DNA from: Bacteroidia bacterium
GTDB lineage: Bacteria > Bacteroidota > Bacteroidia > JABEUT01
Assembly (NCBI GenBank): GCA_035485295.1
Contig: DATHOD010000174.1
Location: forward strand, 3,704-67,703
Length of the DNA: 64,000 nt
Direction of reading: 5' to 3'
The notes below the pieces were generated by a model. It saw only the letters and a list, made by a program, of their open reading frames with translations. It did no database searches and had not been told where the DNA came from. The position numbers were made by a program, and so were the translations under genes. Below, one piece after another: positions 58,593 through 64,000 of this stretch (its first letter is position 1; each line of letters starts with the position of its first letter).

Positions 58593-58632
58593 TATCGCTG
58601 TAGAAATTCATTAACAACATAAAACTAAAAAC

Positions 58633-58752
58633 ATGAAAAAGATAATTTTTATACTGGCCGTATTTATTGGCCTTTCAATGCAAGGTTGTTTTATTGGTAG
58701 GCCTCATGGCGGTGGCGACCATCATGAAGGACACCATGATGACAGGCACTAA
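58633..58752 (+). CDS. 39-aa His-rich lipopeptide-like mini-protein (absent from ORF track)
   Basis: MKKIIFILAVFIGLSMQGCFIGRPHGGGDHHEGHHDDRH; signal and lipobox (MQGC). Full module and GTAGAAATTCATTAACA element 17 nt upstream of the ATG. Confidence 0.4.
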   Translation: MKKIIFILAVFIGLSMQGCFIGRPHGGGDHHEGHHDDRH

Positions 58753-58820
58753 GTAAAAACTAAAGGCTTTCTGTTGTTTTATTAACCGAATAGCAGAAAG
58801 CCTTTATCTAACAAAATCCA

Positions 58821-59924
58821 ATGGACGTTTCTTTTAAAGTACCTTTCTATGCAAAGACAGCATTGATATTCATCGCAATGTTCGCTTTGGTATTTACGTT
58901 GTATGTTGGCCAGCATATCATTGTCCCGATAGTATACGCCACTATCATAGCTATTTTACTTAATCCTTTTGTTAATTTGCTAGTAAGGAGAGGAGTTAAT
59001 AAGATAGTGGCAATTTCTGTTGCGGTAATATTTGCAATTGTTGCCGTGTTGGGAGTCCTTTATGTGGTTTCTTCCCAGATAAATATGATAAGTGATACCT
59101 ATCCTCAGCTAAAGGTAAAATTCAACGTTACCAGTACACAGCTTATACAATGGGTTTCCACTAAGTTTAATGTCAGGGTATCGAAGATATATGCCTGGAT
59201 GGCGGTAACACAAACTGAGGCTATCAGCAATTTTGCCATAGGGGCCAAGCTTACTGCTGCAGGGCAGTTACTAATGACGGGGATATTATTGCCTGTCTAC
59301 CTTTTTATGATACTGTTTTATAAACCCTTACTTCTTGAGTTTATACGAAAATTATTTAAGCTTGAACATCATAACACAGTAGTAGAAGTATTGACAAACT
59401 CTAAGAAGATCATTCAGAATTACTTAGCAGGTTTATTCATTGAGTTAATAATTATTGCTGTTTTGAACTCGGCTGGCCTTTTGGTTATTGGTATAGATTA
59501 TGCCATTATCCTCGGAATTACCGGAGCCATACTTAATATCATTCCTTATATAGGTGGAATAATCGCTATAGCATTACCTATGAGTATAGCCTTTATAACC
59601 AAAGATTCCATTACATATCCTATTCTGGTATTCTTTGTATACGTATTTATCCAGTTTATTGATAATCATTACATTATTCCCAGGATTGTTGCGTCAAGAG
59701 TAAAGATAAATGCACTGGTTTCAATTATTGTGGTTCTTATAGGCGGAGCCATTTGGGGTATACCTGGTATGTTCCTGTCTATTCCCCTAACAGCCATTAT
59801 CAAAGTTATTTTCGATCACATTGACAGCATGAAGCCCTGGGGCTTTTTATTGGGAAATATCGTTCCCACTGTTTCCCGATTTTCTTTTATCAAACCAAAA
59901 ACCAAACCATCATCGAACCTATAG
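58821..59924 (+). CDS. AI-2E family transporter (PerM/UPF0118)
   Basis: Eight-TM topology with …IPYIGGIIAIALPMSIAF…. Confidence 0.75.
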   Translation: MDVSFKVPFYAKTALIFIAMFALVFTLYVGQHIIVPIVYATIIAILLNPFVNLLVRRGVNKIVAISVAVIFAIVAVLGVLYVVSSQINMISDTYPQLKVKFNVTSTQLIQWVSTKFNVRVSKIYAWMAVTQTEAISNFAIGAKLTAAGQLLMTGILLPVYLFMILFYKPLLLEFIRKLFKLEHHNTVVEVLTNSKKIIQNYLAGLFIELIIIAVLNSAGLLVIGIDYAIILGITGAILNIIPYIGGIIAIALPMSIAFITKDSITYPILVFFVYVFIQFIDNHYIIPRIVASRVKINALVSIIVVLIGGAIWGIPGMFLSIPLTAIIKVIFDHIDSMKPWGFLLGNIVPTVSRFSFIKPKTKPSSNL

Positions 59925-59974
59925 TAGTAACAGAAAAGGTAATTGTTCCTTCCGGAAGTAAGCTGATTAAGTTC

Positions 59975-60721
59975 ATGAGAAGCTTTTTTGAAGAAGTAAC
60001 TATGTTGACCCGTTTCACATTGAGATTTTTCAGGGAAGCAATTAAACCTCCTTATGAATTCAATGAGATTCTTAAACAAGCTTATTTAGTAGGGTATAAA
60101 TCACTTCCCTTAGTTGCTATTACAGGGTTCATATTGGGGCTGGTATTAACTATTCAATCAAGGCCAACATTGGCACAATTTGGGGCTGAATCATGGCTTC
60201 CGGCTATGGTTGCAGTTTCAATAATCAGGGAGCTTGGTCCTGCTATTACTGCATTAATATTTGCAGGTAAGGTAGGGTCTGGGATAGGAGCCGAGCTGGC
60301 TTCAATGAAAGTAACTGAACAGATAGATGCAATGGAAGTCTCAGGAATGAACCCATTTAAATATATAGTTGTAACCAGAGTGATAGCTACTACATTAATG
60401 TTACCAGTTTTGGTAATAATGAATGATACAATATCATTGCTTGGGGCATATCTTGCAGTCAACCTTAAGGGAGATGTTAGTTTTCATTTGTACTATTTGC
60501 AAGTATTCCAAGGCTTGGCTTTTTCTGATTTGTTTCCGGCAGTTATTAAAACTGTCTTTTTCGGTTTTGCAATTGGGATAATTGGTTGTTATAAAGGGTA
60601 TAATTCAACCAGAGGTACTGAAGGTGTTGGTATTTCAGCTAACTCAGCCGTAGTTATAGGATCATTATCTGTTTTTATAATAGACATGATTGCTGTGCAA
60701 ATAACCAGCCTCTTTACATAG
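59975..60721 (+). CDS. mlaE: MlaE-family ABC transporter permease
   Basis: …IRELGPAITALIFAGKVGSGIGAELASMKVTEQIDAMEVSGMNP…. Confidence 0.85.
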   Translation: MRSFFEEVTMLTRFTLRFFREAIKPPYEFNEILKQAYLVGYKSLPLVAITGFILGLVLTIQSRPTLAQFGAESWLPAMVAVSIIRELGPAITALIFAGKVGSGIGAELASMKVTEQIDAMEVSGMNPFKYIVVTRVIATTLMLPVLVIMNDTISLLGAYLAVNLKGDVSFHLYYLQVFQGLAFSDLFPAVIKTVFFGFAIGIIGCYKGYNSTRGTEGVGISANSAVVIGSLSVFIIDMIAVQITSLFT

Positions 60722-60726
60722 ATATA

Positions 60727-61455
60727 ATGGAAGCAATTGTAGAGATAGATGGGTTAAAGAAGTCTTTCGGTAGCAATGAAGTGCTGAAAGGTGTAAGCCT
60801 AAAAATTGAGAAGGGAAAAAACCTCGTCGTATTCGGAAAATCAGGGAGTGGTAAATCAGTACTTATAAAATGTCTGATTGGATTATTAGAACCGGATGAG
60901 GGTAAGATTACTCTATTTGGACGGGATATTACTGAACTAAATGAGCAAGAATTAAACATGGTTAGAAAAAAGATAGGTTTCTTGTTTCAAAGTGCGGCTT
61001 TATACGACTCTATGACCGTGAGAGAAAACCTGGAATTCCCATTACGCGAATCAAAACTAAAGCAAGAAGAAGTAGATGCATTGGTTATAGAGGCTTTGGC
61101 AAATGTGGGGCTATCTGAAGCAATTGAAAAAATGCCATCAGAACTTTCAGGCGGCATGAGAAAGAGGGTTGGGCTGGCCCGTACATTAATACTAAAACCT
61201 GAGGTAATACTCTATGATGAGCCAACAACCGGATTAGACCCTATTACTTCAAGAGAAATAAGTCAGCTTATTTTAGATATACAGAAAAAATATAATACAG
61301 CATCCCTAATCATTACCCATGATGTGGAATGTGCACATACAACGGCAAACCATATTATGGTTATTAAAGAGGGGTTGGTTTTTGCTGAAGGCACTTTTAT
61401 TGAGTTATCAGAATCGAAGGATGAGTGGGTAAGCTCATTCTTCAAACAATATTAA
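60727..61455 (+). CDS. mlaF: MlaF-like ABC transporter ATP-binding protein
   Basis: Walker A GKSGSGKS, signature LSGGMRKRVGLAR, Walker B ILYDEPTTGLD. Confidence 0.9.
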   Translation: MEAIVEIDGLKKSFGSNEVLKGVSLKIEKGKNLVVFGKSGSGKSVLIKCLIGLLEPDEGKITLFGRDITELNEQELNMVRKKIGFLFQSAALYDSMTVRENLEFPLRESKLKQEEVDALVIEALANVGLSEAIEKMPSELSGGMRKRVGLARTLILKPEVILYDEPTTGLDPITSREISQLILDIQKKYNTASLIITHDVECAHTTANHIMVIKEGLVFAEGTFIELSESKDEWVSSFFKQY

Positions 61456-61465
61456 AATTTAGATC

Positions 61466-62161
61466 ATGAAAAAGACAAAAGGAAATAAAATAAAGCTAGG
61501 AGTTTTTGTTACAGTAACTGTAGCTTTGCTTGTTGCAGGCATATATTTTATAGGCCAAAAGCAACAGCTATTCAACCGCACATTCCAGGTAAGCGGAGTG
61601 TTTAAAGATATAAGCGGCCTGCAGGTTGGTAACAATGTACGTTTCTCGGGTATTAATGTTGGTATTGTACAAGATATTGAACAAGTAACTGATTCAACTG
61701 TAAAAGTAGATATGCAAGTTGATGAACGTACCAGGAAATTTATTAAAAAAAATGCCAAAGCGGTAATAGGATCTGATGGCCTGATGGGGAACAAAATAGT
61801 AGTTATTGTTGCAGGAGTACCTGGAATGCAGGAATTAGCAAATAATGATGTCATTGCAACTGTGCAGCCTGTAAATGTTGACGAGATACTCTTGAATCTA
61901 AAGGTGACTAGTAATAACATGGCAGATATTACCTATGATCTGGCTGGTATTATGAAAAATATACACGATGGCAAGGGAACTATAGGTGAATTATTCATGG
62001 ATAGTTCAATGGCAAAGAACGTTAACCAGGCATTTGTAAATATAAAACAAGGTGCTGGCGGCTTTAAAAATAATATGGATGCTGCCGGGCATAGTTTCCT
62101 TTTAAGAGGGTACCTAAAGAAGAAGGATAAGGACGAAAAGAACAAGAAGGATTCAAAGTAA
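61466..62161 (+). CDS. mlaD: MlaD/MCE-domain protein
   Basis: N-terminal TM then MCE domain (…FNRTFQVSGVFKDISGLQVGNNVRFSGINVGIVQDIE…). Confidence 0.8.
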   Translation: MKKTKGNKIKLGVFVTVTVALLVAGIYFIGQKQQLFNRTFQVSGVFKDISGLQVGNNVRFSGINVGIVQDIEQVTDSTVKVDMQVDERTRKFIKKNAKAVIGSDGLMGNKIVVIVAGVPGMQELANNDVIATVQPVNVDEILLNLKVTSNNMADITYDLAGIMKNIHDGKGTIGELFMDSSMAKNVNQAFVNIKQGAGGFKNNMDAAGHSFLLRGYLKKKDKDEKNKKDSK

Positions 62162-62209
62162 TAATCACTTCATTAAGAAGCACTATACCAAAACAATACT
62201 AAGAAGCCC

Positions 62210-62422
62210 CTACTTCTTAGTAGTAGCCATAAGCACAACACCACTTACAAGTAATATACCGCCAAGTATAGGCGACCATTGCACAGGGTGATTCTCGGTT
62301 TTATTAATCTTAATATCCCCTATATCAACTACATTCTTTGTGCTTATATAATTAAAGCCTGTATAAACCATCATAATTGCACCAATTATGATGAGCACGA
62401 TACCTAAGTTTTTTGTTTTCAT
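62210..62422 (-). CDS. small two-TM membrane protein
   Basis: MKTKNLGIVLIIIGAIMMVYTGF…ILGGILLVSGVVLMATTKK. Confidence 0.4.
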   Translation of the reverse strand: MKTKNLGIVLIIIGAIMMVYTGFNYISTKNVVDIGDIKINKTENHPVQWSPILGGILLVSGVVLMATTKK

Positions 62423-62426
62423 GTTT

Positions 62427-63296
62427 TTAGTTTGTATTTTTAGAATTAGCGGACGGAATATTTATTTTATGCATTTTCCCTTCGTGCAGGGTGACAACCC
62501 ACATACCCGTGGAGAACCCAATTGCACCTCCCAGAAAACTGTCAGATGCCCAATCTTGCCCTTCGTAAATGCGAGAGAGGACAGTAAGTGCAGCAGGTAA
62601 GAATGAGAATATCTTTAAAAGAGTGGAGTGGGCATGACGGAACATAATAGTTGAAAGAGCAAAAGCGCTTGTAACATAAACACTTGGAATGGAATTATAA
62701 CCACTTGCAAAAGTAAATGGATGATAAGTAAACGCCGCTTTATTTTCGTAAGGCTTTGCCCTGCCGATACCTACAATCAATTTCTCAGTAATTAGTTCGG
62801 AATAGATTCCCGATTGCAGTAATTCTATGGCAATTTTTTTCGCTTTAATATTATGAGTCAATATTCCATACCCGGCAAAAACTAAAGTAACGGCGCCTAT
62901 AGAATACCATTCGCCGTATATCCTGCCTGTTAATACAGGTATGTTAACGTATCTGTATTGCTGCCTGGTTATTGTGTTAGATACATATTGATCTATGGGC
63001 ATGATAGAAAGCGTTAAAGCTGTTACTAAACTAGCCCTAATCCAGTCATTACTATGCCACCGTACCGGTGCTTTTATAAAAAGAAAAGTTTCGTGTTCAA
63101 ACTGTCGAAGCCCATAAAAATGGGTTTCCAGTTTACTTTCTAGAACGGTGTCCTTTTTTGTTTCTTCTCTTTTAGAAGTGTCCTTAATTACAAGTTGAAT
63201 TATATTCCCTAAGCTCTTAGTACTATCTTTTACTGCCCCCTGTGCCTTTGTAATTATAGAAATTCCAATAAAAAGCAGTACGAGTATTTGACGCAT
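62427..63296 (-). CDS. PAP2-family phosphatase paralog with degenerate catalytic motifs
   Basis: Motif 1 GRAKPY present. Motif 2 PSGH replaced by IPSVYVTS. Motif 3 SRIYEGQDWASD lacks the catalytic His. Confidence 0.65.
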   Translation of the reverse strand: MRQILVLLFIGISIITKAQGAVKDSTKSLGNIIQLVIKDTSKREETKKDTVLESKLETHFYGLRQFEHETFLFIKAPVRWHSNDWIRASLVTALTLSIMPIDQYVSNTITRQQYRYVNIPVLTGRIYGEWYSIGAVTLVFAGYGILTHNIKAKKIAIELLQSGIYSELITEKLIVGIGRAKPYENKAAFTYHPFTFASGYNSIPSVYVTSAFALSTIMFRHAHSTLLKIFSFLPAALTVLSRIYEGQDWASDSFLGGAIGFSTGMWVVTLHEGKMHKINIPSANSKNTN

Positions 63297-64000
63297 TATT
63301 TAGCATCAGCTGATGGAATATTTATCTTGTGCCTTTTCCTTTCGTGAAGATTAACAACCCAGCTGCCTGTAGCAAAACCAACTGCAGCACCGAAGAACTC
63401 GTCCGAAGCCCAATGGAAATCTTGATAGATACGAGAGAATAAGGTAAACCCCGCCGGCACATAGGCTAATATTTTTAACCAGGTTGAATGTGCATGGCGT
63501 GACATTACTGTGGAAAGTGCAAATGCGCTGGTAGCATGCCCGCTAGGGCTTGACTGGTAATCAACATTTATAGGTGTAAATGGGTGAAAAGTATAAGCAC
63601 CATCATTAACGTATGGACGTGCCCGGCCTACTATAATCTTTATTATTTCAGTAAACAGCTCGGAATATGCACCAGCCTGGAATAGTTCAATTGCAATTTT
63701 CTTTGCAGAAGTATCATGTGCCAATATTCCGTATCCACCAAAAATGGCTGTTACTGTTCCAATGGAATACCATTCTCCATATATTCTTCCCCCAACCACA
63801 AATGGGCTATTATAGTAGTGCTGGTTACCTTGTGTGCTATTTGTAATTCCCTGGTCAAAAGGCATTATTGCAGCAGTTACAGCAATAGTTACACCAACTC
63901 TTAACCAATCAGCCGTGCGCCATCTAAAAGGGGTTGCAATAAATAGAACCGTTTCATGCTCGAATTGATGAAACCCATAAAAGTGAGTCTCTAATTTCTT
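63296..64000 (-). CDS. PAP2-family phosphatase (intact motifs), N-terminus beyond the window end
   Basis: GRARPY, SSPSGHATSAF, SRIYQDFHWASD all present. Open reading frame continues to position 64000 (…KKLETHFYGFHQFEHET…), paralogous to the upstream gene. Confidence 0.75.
   Translation of the reverse strand, partial: KKLETHFYGFHQFEHETVLFIATPFRWRTADWLRVGVTIAVTAAIMPFDQGITNSTQGNQHYYNSPFVVGGRIYGEWYSIGTVTAIFGGYGILAHDTSAKKIAIELFQAGAYSELFTEIIKIIVGRARPYVNDGAYTFHPFTPINVDYQSSPSGHATSAFALSTVMSRHAHSTWLKILAYVPAGFTLFSRIYQDFHWASDEFFGAAVGFATGSWVVNLHERKRHKINIPSADAK

Noticed and set aside
1-64000. Searched for integrase, transposase, CRISPR repeats, rRNA and restriction-modification genes
   Set aside because: None found. 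No regularly spaced short repeats, no tyrosine or serine recombinase or DDE transposase signatures in any ORF. The island-like features are therefore not tied to an identifiable mobile element here.

Overview
AT-rich chromosomal window that looks Bacteroidota-like (Chitinophagaceae/Sphingobacteriia-like). Evidence: several proteins end in T9SS C-terminal sorting domains, a TAnnTTTG -7 box sits in front of some housekeeping genes, and leaders are very short. I found no integrase, transposase or CRISPR array.

Left part (1-9.7 kb):
- Housekeeping and transport genes: dienelactone hydrolase (partial), MaoC-like hotdog protein, OPT and POT peptide transporters, rsmA/ksgA, metG, tRNA-Arg(CCT).
- A SiaB/SiaC-like kinase and partner pair sits between rsmA and metG.

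Middle part (12-32 kb), two pentose-phosphate clusters:
- Plus strand: tal-pgi fusion, HAD hydrolase, gnd, zwf, pgl.
- Minus strand: tkt, rpiB, pgm, and a 2896-aa cyclic beta-1,2-glucan synthase.

Most striking feature (recurs from 10.4 to 58.6 kb):
- A conserved bipartite cis element of the form (distal TGTAAnn)-N14-(proximal TGTAACA/TATAACA)-N22/23-CTTTTG, with the two half-sites exactly 21 bp apart (start to start). Coordinates below refer to each whole module.
- It lies about 60-110 nt upstream of at least 21 start codons in the window.
- It also sits in front of an AraC-family regulator that heads a hybrid HK-REC-Hpt plus receiver phosphorelay operon (33.5-37.2 kb).
- It sits in front of the cyclic-glucan tkt operon.

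The downstream genes are mostly small stress-type proteins:
- four CsbD-like proteins, SHOCT with tandem UspA, and a Pmp3/YqaE fusion with lmo0937-like and YtxH genes;
- OmpA-type lipoproteins and outer-membrane beta-barrels, and two DUF3494 ice-binding-like proteins (one single-domain, one tandem with T9SS CTD);
- hydrophilin-like low-complexity peptides and His-rich mini-proteins;
- a pseudo-receiver membrane protein and an AsmA/DUF748-like protein.

The 48.8-49.8 kb ferritin and CheY-like receiver genes lie inside this stretch but carry no module of their own.

My inference is that this is an undescribed envelope/osmotic/cold-stress regulon. Its operator architecture (direct repeats 21 bp apart next to a -33-like TTTG box) fits an AraC/XylS-type activator, and the AraC gene in the window is the obvious candidate.

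The right end carries an AI-2E transporter, mlaEFD, and tandem PAP2 phosphatase paralogs (the last one runs past the window end).
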